From the NCBI GenBank assembly GCA_047967505.1, contig CM106538.1: a stretch of DNA of 64,000 nt. One strand, written 5' to 3'. Made by a program: the position numbers and the translations under genes. This stretch comes from Dipteris shenzhenensis (taxonomy: Eukaryota). Of the stretch, positions 12,987 through 26,510 are shown piece after piece; positions within the stretch are counted from its first letter, which is position 1; each line of letters starts with the position of its first letter. The notes beneath the pieces were generated by a model, which saw only the letters and a list, made by a program, of their open reading frames with translations, was not told the origin of the DNA and ran no database searches.

Positions 12987-14062
12987 ATCATGGAAAAATC
13001 AAAGGATCTTCAAGATCGAATATGGAATTGACATCAAGGTGAGCACCTTTTGGCTAGTCAATTCCATATAAGAAGTGAGGTTGAACCTACTTAAGAGGAT
13101 ATATTCAATTTTCACAAAATTGATATTGGAAAATTCTATGAAAACATCCTCCTACAGAGAGATTATGAGGAACATTTTGTCGTAGGTCATTAGCTTGGCC
13201 TTTTAGAAGAAAGGGAAGTGATGTATAAACATCAATTGGGGTAAGAGGAAGACCTCTTGGAGAAATAGAATAAGTAAAAATCTAAGCTCCTTATCTGAAA
13301 AGGACTGCATTGAAATTAACTTGTGGCTTGAGAACATGCACTTGAGGTTGGGGAGCCAAGTATAAACAAGTTTCAGGAATCCCAATGGCATTTTCATGTT
13401 CCCCCTATGGGGGTGTAACTTATATTGGTTTGAGTTCTTTGAGTTCGACTTTGTAAGAGATTATGGACTGAAAAATATGGAACAAATGGTCCACCAACTT
13501 TGAACATCCCTTCAGATACATGGACAATATCCTTTTGATTAATGTGAATTCTCCATGGGATTTCTTTGGACCACAGAGTGATGGTGAGATAGACCCATTT
13601 TGGATATACCCCGTCCCATTCCTAGAGATAAAGAAAATTATAGTAGCTACAATGCCTGATAATGATGATAAGCCTATGGTTGTGAAAGCTAATTTCCTGA
13701 ACATGTCCAGCACTATTAAAAATAGGCGTATTGATGTGGTAGTGATCAACAAGTATGATAAAACAGAGTCCCTTGATTATCCAATCTACAAGTTTATTTA
13801 GGCCTTCACTAATAAATGTATGTCATTTTCTGGAAAGGTAATACTTTCTTAAGTAATTCCCATCCCATTTACAAAGAAGAAAGAGTTAAATGACTTGATA
13901 AAAATAAAAAAACTGATTAAAAACTTTGAGGGGAAAAGATATAAGAGCTATAAGTCAATTAAAGCTTTCCTACAATAAGAGTTCCCCAGGTGCAATCTTG
14001 ACCTTCAAAAATTAAGGAAATGGATGGGTAAGTACCGTACTTTACCTCACCTTATTGTTTAA
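12987..14062 (+). pseudogene. PLE reverse transcriptase core and thumb (right of copia insertion)
   Basis: DIGKFYENI, QVSGIPMAFSCSP, CNLY..FEFDF, FRYMDN (YxDD with D>N), IYP..LEIK, FLN, YDK. Several stops and frameshifts. Confidence 0.8.
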
Positions 14063-15944
14063 TATATCTTTATATATTTGTTGGTAGACCCAATACGAAG
14101 TGATTGGCAGACTAGTGTCCCCACTTGGATTTTGTGTCAGACCTGTAGGATATGCAATCAGTAGGACACACACACACATGCATCCCCTTGCAGGGGATGG
14201 CCTCGCAGAGACTAGAAGGCATGGTAGGCTTTTAATCATGCTTCTCAAGTTGGACTATTCATGCTCCTAGGGATTCACCAAAGCACTCTTGTAATACCAC
14301 TCATAGATTGGGGATAATGGGTCATTGTTTGCTTAGGTGTAGCCATTTTTGGTAAGGTTCACGGACTTTTATGTATATGGGTATTTTGCATGACCCATAA
14401 CTTATGCATTGCTCAACGGAATTCGGCAAACTTTATCTTCAAGTTGTACTACACAGTTCAAACTTGAACAGAGAGCAAAAAATTATGGAATAAGGATGTG
14501 GAATGAGACCATTAAATCATTACAAGTGCTATGTTGCATGTGAAGCATGCATCCTAAAGACTATAGGATATAGAAATTTATTCAAAAACATCAAAATTTT
14601 ATTCTATACATACATGCAACCAAATAATCATTCTAAAGTACACTATGTAAGCTTATCCTCAACCCAAGGACACACGTAAATGAGAACATTAGGCATGGAT
14701 TAACGGGCCTCCAATGTTGTGCTAAAGTGATGCATACCCATTTGAGGACATGCTCCATAACTTTTTTTTGATTTGTTGCAAAAGCAAAACGGATTGAAAA
14801 TTTAAAATCCAAACTATTGGGACTAGTTCATGGTAGTCTTAAAACATTGATAGTTATTGGTATTGGTATCTAGATTCACCCTAGAATGGAACGAGTTGAA
14901 AAAGTGTAATTTGTGCATGTGAAAAGATATTTTAATAAATCCAACACTATTTAGAATTTTGAATTGTTCCTTTTTCCATGCACTTGCGTTCTATATGGCT
15001 CATAAGCATGCCAAAGGTCATTGCATTTAATAATACACAACACCAAACCCGATAGCATGCCCTTTGACCTATTTGTGTTTTCAAGCATTTTAGGCCACAT
15101 TCTTGTTTGGGATATCCAATTCTGCTAATGTATATTGCTAGAGGAGAAAAAACGGACAGTTGAAATTTCAATACTCCTGTGAATTTCAAATTTGCACACC
15201 TTCCACCCATCAAATCTTGAAATATTAAGCACCTGCAACCTGCCCCTGCTTTGCAAATGCCCTGCAACCCATACACACCTTGACGTGACCTTACGCAGAG
15301 TTTGGTTTGCCATTGTCTTCTTTCAGGTACGTTGTCTTCTATTCTTTGCTTGCCTCACCAACTAGCTTCTCTCTATTTTGGTTTGGCATTGTCGTCTTTC
15401 ATTGATCGTCACCATGGCAACATGCAGCTCGCCATGGCTTACAAGAGAAGAAAACAGAGGCTATGAGATAGAAAAGATGAAAATCTTGGTCAAGACACAA
15501 GGAACAGATGACTCTTTATTGAAGAGCAACAATAGGAAGCAGTTGTTACAGATGCACGCATTCGATCATTGCCATAAGAGCAAAGAAAATGGGCTATGAT
15601 GTCATGATTGATGGTAGCATTCGAGAAAGTAGTATCAAGCCATTCAGGTAAATACCATTCTCGAGTCTTCACAGGCTTTAGCTTGCACTCTAAAGTTCAT
15701 AGAGTGACAACCCTACTAACACCTTTTATATTAGTGCCAAAATGTCTCCACTATTGCAATGAATTTTGCACTTAGGTTATCTCTTCTTTTCTTGCATTCT
15801 TTTGATGCCCATAGACAACTTGGATCAGAATGATCAGACGTTGCTTTCACTCTTCATGCATCTCTTGAGAGTTTCTCCAAATAACAAGGACATTTGTAGA
15901 AAGCAGACGAGATACAAGATGTTTGACGAGCACATCATACACAT

Positions 15945-16870
15945 GCTTGATACAACGCAGGTCAATGGTTGCCTAAACCATCCCGGAGGTTGGTTGTGAT
16001 TGGGCTTTAGGATAGTTTACTTGTTTCATTTCTTGATACAATGTAGATTAGCGGTTGCCTAAACCAGTCTAATGGTTATTTGTGATTGAGCTTTGGGATA
16101 GTTTACTAGGTTTGGCTTGGACTTAATGTGATTGTCCTAAACTAGCCTGGTGGTTGGAATATCATGAAACCATATGGCTGGTTCAGCTCAAACACTAGAA
16201 TCAAGCTGGCTTGGGCTTAATGTGATTGTCCTCAACTAGATCGATCGTTGAAACATCATGCAATCATGATTGGGTCAGCTCAAACATCAGTTATGTGATT
16301 GTCCTAAACTACTCCGATGGTTGAAATATCATACAACCATGTGGCTGGTTCATCTCAAACATCAGAACCAAGCTGTCTTAACTTAATGTGATTGTCCTAA
16401 ACCAGCTCGGTGGTTGGAACATCATGGGATCATGATTGGATCAACTCAAACACCAGTTAAGACTAGAGGAGATAGGCACTAGCTAGAGGAGGTAGGCACT
16501 ATCAAAATGCATTTGCGTTGATTTAGGATTACCTGTAACCCCCACAAAATATAACCTTTAGTAAATCCCAAACAACCACCGTGCTTATTTCAGTAAATCC
16601 CAATCTATAAATCCCAAACAAAGAAAAATGTAAATCTCAAACAATATACTAATCCAAACAACCACCGAGCTTGTTTTAGTCATGATTGTGCATGAGGGAC
16701 CATCTAATTCATAGGTTTAGATTAGCATTCAGTCGAAATCATACTATAATAAGAATGACTATGCATGAGGAACCATCTAATTCATAGACTCAGATTAGCA
16801 TCACAGACTGTAATAATAATGACTTTGCATCTAGTTCACAAGCTTAGATTAGCATTCAGTTGGTTTATTA
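15945..16870. repeat. Cluster of degenerate tandem repeats
   Basis: GTGATTGTCCT recurs at ~16128, 16222, 16295 and 16388. Also repeated TAGAGGAGxTAGGCACTA, GTAAATCCCAA and AGATTAGCAT units. Confidence 0.75.
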
Positions 16871-18418
16871 GGCTGTAATAACAAAAGTTTAGAATGAGAA
16901 ATAGCATTAAGCTAAGATAGACTGTAAGAACATATCACACGGTTAGAATTACCATCTAATTGCATGTCATGAGTGAAGTAATCATAAGAAAATAGAACCT
17001 TAGAATCCAACTAAATGCAACATTTTAAAATTATAAGGTCCAGTTGAGTGAAGCAATCGTATCCAAGGACGGATAAATGATGAATTATTGCTTTAAAACT
17101 GAAGTTATATAGAAAAGCCAAATGTATAGTCAGCCCCTAAAGTTATATACCCAGGTAGTATACAACCAAGTTTTACTCTTTCTACATTTTGAAAAGACAC
17201 CACCATTGTATCGAAGTATGGATAAATACAAAGACAATTCAAAGAAGAAAATTTACTTTGTGCTGTTGTTAAGCCAACATGGCTATGCTCGAACCAGCAT
17301 GATGATCAACATAGCAAAAGATTATGTTGCACAGTGATAGATGGCGAAGCTGCACAAGCAAACATGGCAAGGCAAAGGCTGTGTGATATAGTCAACAGAG
17401 CAACAATCTATGTGCTCATGAATAAATGCATATAGTTCCATGTCTCGAGCTCTGTGCTATTGACTATGATAAGATTGCATCTCATTATTACACCAGTGCG
17501 CATTCATGACATCGATAAAATTTTCGACGAGAGTGCGGGTCCACACAAAATTTAAATATTTACCCAGAAGCTCATCACATCACGGCCCCAAAATGGCCCT
17601 GAAAATAGTTCTGTGATTGGCTATACCCAAGCAAACGTTGACTGTAATGAATTCTAATGGGACTACCACCTCCAAACCATATACTAGTTGGAATGGTGTA
17701 AAACTTATGCTTACCTTAAAAGTGGTTTTGTAGGCCCATAAGATAGAGTTGAGATTGTTTTCTAGTCAAAGAGTTTGGGTTTCACTACATTTGTGAGAAT
17801 AATGCATAGGGTTTTATTGGTAAATTCTACTTGCCTGTTTCCATAGGGAAAATAGGAATTGGTATTCCAGTGTACGATTGTGAATCCTAAGTAAAGTTTT
17901 CAAATCACTTCATTGAAAAAGTGTGTTCTATGGTTAGAGATATCGTTAGAGACTATTTCTAAGGGGGAACTATACCATGTGATCACTTTTTTATAAAGGA
18001 ACTTGGCAGTACTTCTAGCATGATCTTCACATGCTGCTTTTGCCTCACCGCATTTAGTGAAAGAATGTGTTATGTCTATTATGTACTAGGCTTGTGTTTC
18101 TTTAGCAGTAGGATGTATGGTCCTACAAAGTAAATTTTTCATTTTTCAAAGGGTTGCTGCACCATGATTGTTGTTAGGGGATTGAAGTCTTTGTGTTAGT
18201 GCTAACCTTATGGCAATAAGGGCCAGAAGTGCAATCTAAGCAACGACGAGCTACTTCGCAAAGGAAGGACTAATGAAATGAGCATAGCAAGTACAAGAGA
18301 ATGATCTTACATCCCAAATATAAGAGGAAGGGGAGAGATAATGGTAAGAAGATCTTATTAGCTTGTGCCTACTGTGGTGGATGAGAAACTTATGGTAAAA
18401 ATAATTGCTATAATAAAG

Positions 18419-18770
18419 TGTTGAGATATCGAGCTCCACTCGAGATATGCCAGGGTGACCGTTGGGTACTTATGTCACCGACTTGTTAGCTCGAGATGCG
18501 GTTGGTACACCGCCCATGAATAATAGCTGGATGACAGCTATCCTTATCTACACTAGTTCGTGGCTCAGTTAGTATGCCACCTTAGTTAGTTGAGTTTGGT
18601 TTGAGACCCACATATAGGGTTCTTCTATTTCTTTGTACTAGAGTTCTTTTGGCTTACACAACTAAGAAGAGGAAAACTGTTTTCAGCCTCCACCTTTGTG
18701 TGTATTCCCCCATTGTGATTGTGAGAAAGCCTCAAGTGAGACTCCTTCCCTCTCTCCCACAATCTTCACA
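18419..18770 (+). repeat. 5' LTR, copia A copy 1
   Basis: TGTTGAGATATC...TCTTCACA. Confidence 0.96.
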
Positions 18771-18782
18771 TGGTATCAGAGC
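18771..18782 (+). promoter_or_regulatory. Primer binding site (tRNA-iMet)
   Basis: TGGTATCAGAGC directly after the LTR; the canonical plant iMet PBS. Confidence 0.92.
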
Positions 18783-19306
18783 CTTGTTCGTGGTAAGGAG
18801 CTCAAGAAAGCAAGCCAAGTTCGTGGTGTCCTGGTAAGAGGACCAGTGTTGCTTTCCTATTTCGAGTTTGGGAGCAAATCTCTGCAGGTAGCACAGCTAG
18901 AAGTGCAGGAGTGCACTGTTTCAGATTGAGACGCCCTTCGCGGTGTGGTGAGAGCGCAGTATATGCTGCGGGTGAGGGCAAAGCCCTCAGTGACTTTGTT
19001 TTTCTGATTTGAGGCCGTCCGTTTTAAAGGCGGAAGTTCTTCGCAGGCACTCAGGAAAAGGCCCTATTTTTTGCTGTGCGACCACTGCGCGGCTAGTCAG
19101 TGGAAAGGTGCCATAGAAATTGCATCGTATGCCTGTGTGCAGAGATATTGGGAGTTGCAGATTCATGCCTGTTGCCTGTTGATGCAAAATCGTCACTAGG
19201 AAGTGACTGTGTGGTGAAATACCACTTTCGTCAGTTTTGCAGATCTGCCCGTGTGAGGCAAAAGCTGTGTTTTTTGCAGTGACAGAATATTTTGCAGTGT
19301 TCTATA

Positions 19307-22300
19307 ATGGCATCTGATTCTCTTTCACAGATTGTCACTGAAAAGCTTGACAAGAACAACTTCCAAGCATGGAAGTTTAGAATGACGAATTTCTTGATGG
19401 GAAAAGGCTATTGGGAATTCATTACAGGAAATGAAGAAGAACCTGTTCTTCCTAATGTTCCCAGTCAACAGGAAATGCAGGCATTCAAAGGATGGCATGA
19501 GAGAGCCAGGAAAGTTATGTACTGGCTGTCTATCAATATTTCGGACTCCATGATTGTGCATATTCAGGATGCAAATACGCCAAAGGAGGCATGGGATACT
19601 TTGGCAAAAATGTATAGCACAAATACGCAAGCCAGGAAAATGCAACTCAAACAGGAGTTGCACAATGTGCAGAGAGAAAATTTGAGCATAAATGACTACC
19701 ACATGAAAGTGAAGAAAATTGCAGATGCACTTGATTCCATTGGGTCGCCAGTGGATGATGATGATGTGGTTTCTGTGACCTTGAATGGTCTAGGAAAGGA
19801 TTATGCACAGTTCCGGACATCCATTGCCGTCCGTGAAAACTTTCCTGATTTTGAGGAGTTGATTGCTCTTCTAATTTCTGAAGAGCAGAGAAATGGGGGT
19901 GCATCTTCTTCAGCAGGAACTTCAAAAGAAACTGTCTTCTACTCAAATGCTGGCAGAGGTAGAGGCAGAGGTAGAGGAGGCCGATCTGCAGGCCTGGTAG
20001 AAATCAGAATATGCAGCAAACGCAAGAAAATTAGTCTTATGCAGGAGGACGTGGTAACTCTAGAGGCAGGGGGAGCCAAAGAGGCTGTGGTGGATGGCAG
20101 AGAAGCCAAAATGCAAACAACAATGTTGAATGCTACTATTGTGGCAAAATGGGTCATATGGCTAAGGACTGCTATAAAAAGCAGAATGACATTATGAGTG
20201 GAATTTTGCAGCAAGGCAATTATGCATCTTCTAGCAGGCAGGGTGATGACAGAAATGAGCATCTATTTATGGTGCAGCATATGACCAATTCTGTGACAAG
20301 TGCAGAAGAACAAAATGATGTGTGGTATGTTGACTCAGGTGCGTCAAACCACATGACAGGTCATGCAGAATGGATGCAAGATGCAAGGAAGATGGAAAAG
20401 CTAGGATTTGTGGAGACTGGTGATGATACTGCACATCCTATTGTGCAGATTGGCAAAATTCCTTTGTCTATGCAGGATGGGAAAAAGAAATACTTGTCAG
20501 ATGTATTTCATGTCCCGAACATCACCAAGAACCTGGTTTCTATTGGTCAGATGGTTGAGCAGGGCTTGCAGGTCAGATTTAATCCTCATGGATGCTTTGT
20601 TGAGGATATGAAAAATAATGGTCTCTTGATAACAAAAGGAAAGAAGAAGGGCAGGATGTTTACATTGGATGCAGACATGCCTAAATTGAGTGCAGCAATG
20701 TTTGCACATGGGACTGGTGTAGTTGCAGATATTGATATCTGGCACAAACGCATTGGTCATGTTAATATACAGCGACTAAAATCAATGCAAGCCCAAAATA
20801 TTGTTGCAGGATTGCCTAAATTCAAGGTTGCAGAAATGCACAAGGTTTGTGAAGCCTGTCAATTTGGGAAACAGGCAAGGAAACCTTTTCCTAGGCATGT
20901 TCAAGAGAGTAAAAAACCATTGGAATTAATCCACTCTGATGTGTGGACTACAAAAGCTGCATCTATTAGAGGCTGTCACTATTTTGTCACATTTATTGAT
21001 GACTTCAGCAGAAAACTGTGGGTGTATTTTATGAAAAAGAAAAGTGAAGGTTTGGGCACTTCAAAGCTTTCAAAGCTATGGTTGAAAAAGAAACAGGCCT
21101 ACAAATAAAATGCCTAAGGTCAGATGGAGGGGGAGAGTACCTCTCAAATGAGTTTGCAAGGTTCTTGCAGGAGCATGGTATAAAGCAGCAATATTCATGC
21201 AGTCATACCCCACAGCAAAATGGAATTGCAGAAAGAAAAAACAGGCATATTGGAGAGGTGTCTCGGGCTATGCTAAATGAAAAATATCTACCAGATTATT
21301 ATTGGGCTGAAGCAATTGCTACAGCAGTCTATATAATGAACAGGACTCCCACTGCAGCAATACATGGCATGACACCAGAGGAGATGTATACTGGTAGGAA
21401 ACCAGATATTTCCCATTTGAAGATTTTTGGTTGCATTGCTTATGTCCATGTGCCAGATGAGTTGAGGTCCAAGTTGGATCCAAAAGCTGAGAAGTGCATC
21501 TTTATTGGTTATTCTCTGCAGCAGAAAGGGTATAGATGCTATAACCCTTCTACACGTAAGTTCACAGTGAGCAGAGATGTTGTTTTTGATGAGATGAGCA
21601 GCTGGTATAAACCAGTAAATGTGATGATTGATGTAGATGCACAAAATGGTAATGCTGCACAGAATGCACAGCAGCAATCACAAAATATCAGTGGACCTGG
21701 AGTGTCCTCTACCAGTGGTTCACATACTTCACCATGGACAGGCAGATTGAGATCAGGAGAATCCCCTCAAAGCAATGCAGAGAGTGGTACACAGGTATCA
21801 CGAAAAGGGAAAGAGAAGGTAGATCAGCCCATGTTTGATGTGAATGCAGGTCACTCTTATGTGTATGGTGAATCCAGTGGCTCAGAACAGAGCATTGATG
21901 ATGAGTTGGGTATTCCTTTTGTTGTTACACCTAGAGTAAGGAAGACCAGGGATGTTTTGAGAGCACCTGGAAGTGAGCCTATTTTACGCAGGTCTACCAG
22001 GTAGTCAACAGGAAATGTAGGCATTCAAAGGATGGCATGAGAGAGCCAGGAAAGCTATGTACTGGCTGTCTATCAGTATTTCGGACTCCATGATTGTGCA
22101 TATTCAGGATGCAAATACGCCAAAGGAGGCATGGGATACTTTGGCAAAAATGTATAGCACAAATACGCAAGCCAGGAAAATGCAACTCAAACAGGAGTTG
22201 CACAATGTGCAGAGAGAAAATTTGAGCATAAATGACTACCACATGAAAGTGAAGAAAATTGCAGATGCACTTGCTTCCATTGGGTCGCCAGTGGATGATG

Positions 22301-25300
22301 ACGATTTGGTTTCTGTGACCTTGAATGGTCTAGGAAAGGATTATGCACAGTTCCGGACATCCATTGCCGTCCGTGAAAACTTTCCTGATTTTGAGGAGTT
22401 GATTGCTCTTCTAATTTCTGAAGAGCAGAGAAATGGGGGTGCATCTTCTTCAGCAGGAACTTCAAAAAAAACTGTCTTCTACTCAAATGCTGGCAGAGGT
22501 AGAGGCAGAGGTAGAGGAGGCCGATCTACAGGCCGTGGTAGAAATCAAAATATGCAGCAAACGCAAGAAAACCAGTCCTATGCAGGAGGACATGGGAACT
22601 CTAGAGGCAGGGGGAGCCAAAGAGGCCGTGGTGGATGGCAGAGAGGCCAAAATGCAAACAGCAATATTGAATGCTACTATTGTGGCAAAATGGGTCATAT
22701 GGCTAAGGACTGCTATAAAAAGCAGAATGACATTATGAATGGAAAATTGCAGCAAGGCAATTATGCATCCTCTAGTAGACAGGCTGATGACAGAAATGAG
22801 CATTTGTTTATGGTGCAGCATATGACAAATTCTGTAACAAGTGTAGAAGAAAGCAATAATGTGTGGTATGTTGACTCGGGTGCATCAAACCACATGACAG
22901 GTCATGCTGAATGGATGCAGGATGCAAGAAAAATGGAAAAACCAGGATTTGTGGAGACTGGTGATGATACTGCACATCCTATTGTGCAGATTGGCAAAAT
23001 TCCTTTGTCTATGCAGGATGGGAAAAAGAAATACTTGTCTGATGTATTTCATGTCCTGAACATCACCAAGAACCTGGTTTCTGTTGGTCAGATGGTTGAG
23101 CAGGGCTTGCAGGTCAGATTTAATCCTCATGGATGCTTTGTTGAGGATATGAAAAATAATGGTCGCTTGATAGCAAAAGGAAAGAAGAAGGGCAGGATGT
23201 TTACATTGGATGCAGACATGCCTGAATTGAGTGCAGCAATGTTTGCACATGGGACCGGTGTAGTTGTAGATATTGATATCTGGCACAAACGCATTGGTCA
23301 TGTTAATATACAGCGACTTAAATCAATGCAAGCCCAAAATATTGTTGCAGGATTGCCTAAATTCAAGGTTGCAGAAATGCACAAGATTTGTGAAGCCTAT
23401 CAATTTGGGAAACAGGCAAGGAAACCTTTTCCTAGGCATGTTCAAGAGAGTAAAAAACCATTGGAATTAATCCACTCTGATGTGTGGACTACAAAAGCTG
23501 CATCTATTGGAGGCTGTCACTATTTTGTCACATTTATTGATGACTTCAGCAGAAAACTGTGGGTGTATTTTATGAAAAAGAAAAGTGAAGTGTTTGGGCA
23601 CTTCAAAGCTTTCAAAGCTATGGTTGAAAAAGAAACAGGCCTGCAAATAAAATGCCTAAGGTCAGATGGAGGGGGAGAGTACCTCTCAAATGAGTTTGCA
23701 AGGTTCTTGCAGGAGCATGGTATAAAGCAGCAATATTCATGCAGTCATACCCCACAGCAAAATGGAATTGCAGAAAGAAAAAACAGGCATATTGGAGAGG
23801 TGTCTCGGGCTATGCTAAATGAAAAAGATCTACCAGATTATTATTGGGTTGAAGCAGTTGCTACAGCAGTCTATATAATGAACAGGACTCCCACTGCAGC
23901 AATACATGGCATGACGCCAGAGGAGATGTATACTGGTAGGAAACCAGATATTTCTCATTTGAAGATTTTTGGTTGCATTGCTTATGTCCATGTGCCAGAT
24001 GAGTTGAGGTCCAAGTTGGATCCAAAAGCTGAGAAGTGTGTCTTTATTGGTTATTCTCTACAGCAGAAAGGGTATAGATGCTATACCCCTTCTACACGTA
24101 AGTTCACAGTGAGCAGAGATGTTGTTTTTGATGAGATGAGCAGCTGGTATAAACCAGTAAATGTGATGATTGATGTAGATGCACAAAATGGTAATGCTGC
24201 ACAGAATGCACAGTAGCAATCACAAAATATCAGTGGACCTGGAGTGTCCTCTACCAGTGGTTCACATACTTCACCATGGACAGGCAGATTGAGATCAGGA
24301 GAATCCCCTCAAAGCAATGTAGATAGTGGTACGCAGGTATCACGAAAAGGAAAAGAGAAGGTAGATCAGCCCATGTTTGATGTGAATGCAGGTCACTCTT
24401 ATGTGGATGGTGAATCCAGTGGCTCAGAACAGAGCATTGATGATGAGTTGGGTATTCCTTTTGTTGTTACACCTGGAGTAAGGAAGACCAGGGATGTTTT
24501 GAGAGCACCTGGAAGTGAGCCTATTTTGCGCAGGTCTACCAGGGTTAGGTATCCTGTGGATAGGCTGAAATATGATGGATTTACAGCCATTCACTATGCC
24601 TATATGGTCAAAGTGATACAGGAACCAGAACCCACTTCTTTTGAGCAAGCCATGGGAAATGAAAAATGGGAGAAAGCCATGGATGAAGAAATGGATGCCT
24701 TGGATGCTAATGCTACATGGGAATTAATGCCTTTGCCTAAAGGCAAGAATGCAATTAGCTGTAAGTGGGTTTATAAGATCAAGCACAATGCATATGGTTC
24801 TGTGAATAGATACAAGGCAAGATTAGTTGTCAAGGGGTATGCACAGACATATGGCATTGATTATGAAGAAACTTTCAGCCCGGTTGCAAGGATGGCAACC
24901 GTAAGAGCAGCCATTGCTATGGCTGCATCAAAGGGATGGTCTTTACATCAGATGGATGTAAATAATGCCTTCTTGCATGGTGATTTGCAAAAGAAGAGGT
25001 CTTTATGGAGCAGCCAGCAGGTTATGTTCATGCTATTCATCCTGAGTTTGTTTGCAAGTTGAAGAAAGCCTTGTATGGCTTGAAGCAAGCACCTAGAGCA
25101 TGGTCTGACAAGATAGGATAATATCTTGTCACTCTTGGCTTTCAGATTTCCAAGGCAGATTTCTCACTCTATGTGAGAAAAACAGAGAAAGGGATTATGC
25201 TGCTGGTCATTTATGTTGATGATTTGATCATCACAGGTGATAGTGATGAAGATATCCTTCATGTGAAAATGCTATTGAGGCAGAAGTTTGAGATGAAGGA

Positions 25301-26213
25301 TTTGGGAGAGCTGCATTATTTCTTGGGCATTGAGGTGATTAGATCACCAAGTGGGATACAGCTCTTGCAGAGGCAGTATGGATTGGACATGCTGTCCAAA
25401 TATGGGATGACAGGCTGTAAGCCTATTTCAGTTCCTTTGGAACAGAATGTGAAGCTGAGCACAGATGTAGGTGAGCTTCTGGAAGACCCTACTATGTACA
25501 AACGCATAGTAGGAAGTTTGATTTACATGACTATTACGAGGCCAGATTTGAGCTATGCTGTTGGGTTGGTAAGTCAGTTTATGCAGGCTCCAAGGAAACC
25601 GCATTTGGATGCGGCTAGACGCATACTCAGGTATGTGAAGTCCACATTGCAGTATGGACTATTTTATGAGGCTGGGGTTCAGATACAGTTGCATGGATAC
25701 ACTGATGCTGATTGGGCTAGTAGCATTTCTGCTAGACGATCTACCAGTGGATATGTGTTCTCTTTTGGGAGTGCTGCAGTCACTTGGAGCAGCAAGAAAC
25801 AGCCTACAGTTGCCTTGTCGAGCACAGAGGCTGAGTACAGGGGTGCAGCAATGGCTGCATGTGAGGTAGCTTGGTTGCATAAGCTACTCTATGATATGCA
25901 TCAGTCTACAGATGGGCCAGTTGTCATTTATTGTGACAACATGAGTAGTATACATTTGGCAAAGAACCCAGTCTTTCATGCCAGAACAAAGCACATTGAG
26001 GTGCATTATCACTATGTGCGGGAGAAGGTTTTACTAGGTCTCATTGATCTAGTTTATGTCAGCACAGAGGATCAGGTAGCTGACATCTTCACGAAAGCAT
26101 TGGGCGCAGAGAAGCTGCGCAAGTTCCGAGACCTGCTTGGTGTGCAGGAATTGGGATTGAGCTCGAGGGGGAGTGTTGAGATATCGAGCTCCACTCGCGA
26201 TATGCCAGGGTGA
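19307..26213 (+). pseudogene. copia gag-pol polyprotein (frameshifted, partly duplicated)
   Basis: CYYCGKMGHMAKDC, WYVDSGASNHM, IHSDVW, RSDGGGEY, YKARLV, QMDV, YVDDL, YTDADW, TKHIEV. Confidence 0.95.
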
Positions 26214-26510
26214 CTGTTGTGCATTTATGTCACCGACCTGTTAGCTGGAGATGCGGTTGGTACACCGCCCACGACAGCTATCCTTATCTACTCTAGTTTG
26301 TGGCTCAGTTAGTATGCCACCTTAGTTAGTTGAGTTTGGTTTGAGACCCACATATAGGGTTCTTCTATTTCTTTGTACTAGAGTTCTTTTGGCTTTCACA
26401 ACTAAGAAGAGGAAAACTGTTTTCAGCCTCCACCTTTGTGTGTATTCCCCCATTGTGATTGTGAGAAAGCCTCAAGTGAGACTCCTTCCCTCTCTCCCAC
26501 AATCTTCACA
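26174..26510 (+). repeat. 3' LTR, copia A copy 1
   Basis: TGTTGAG...TCTTCACA; 15 bp shorter than the 5' LTR. Confidence 0.96.

Larger units (their letters stand above)
6440..14062 (+). mobile_element. Decayed Penelope-like retroelement (Naiad/Chlamys-like RT), interrupted by a copia at 8747-12981
   Basis: Manual translation gives RT motifs in order: LPYLMATNKSHKITF*WITNA (8618), DIGKFYENI (13122), YKQVSGIPMAFSCSP (13361), FRYMDNILLIN (13511), IYPVPFLEIK, ANFLNM, KYDK. The frame is continuous across the copia target site (ALQAYLDL|IMEKSKDL). The 5' boundary is approximate. Confidence 0.8.
18419..26510 (+). mobile_element. Ty1/copia family A, copy 1, with a ~2.54-kb internal duplication
   Basis: LTRs 18419-18770 and 26174-26510, PBS TGGTATCAGAGC at 18771, PPT GAGGGGGAG. 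Order is gag-PR-INT, gag-PR-INT, RT, RH. Flanks TAAAG / ATCGG do not match. Confidence 0.96.

Noticed and set aside
14063-14300. Hammerhead ribozyme
   Set aside because: No intact CTGANGA...GAAA core found by eye on either strand.
15065-17640. Long terminal inverted repeats of a DNA transposon
   Set aside because: Only short weak matches, and their order is not mirror-symmetric.
18601-18929. Recurrent small ORFs (MRPTYRVLLF..., MCVFPHC...)
   Set aside because: They recur only because they lie in repeated LTR/leader sequence, and use non-ATG starts.
19325-19946. Antisense ORFs within copia gag
   Set aside because: Shadow frames of the coding strand, repeated with each copy.
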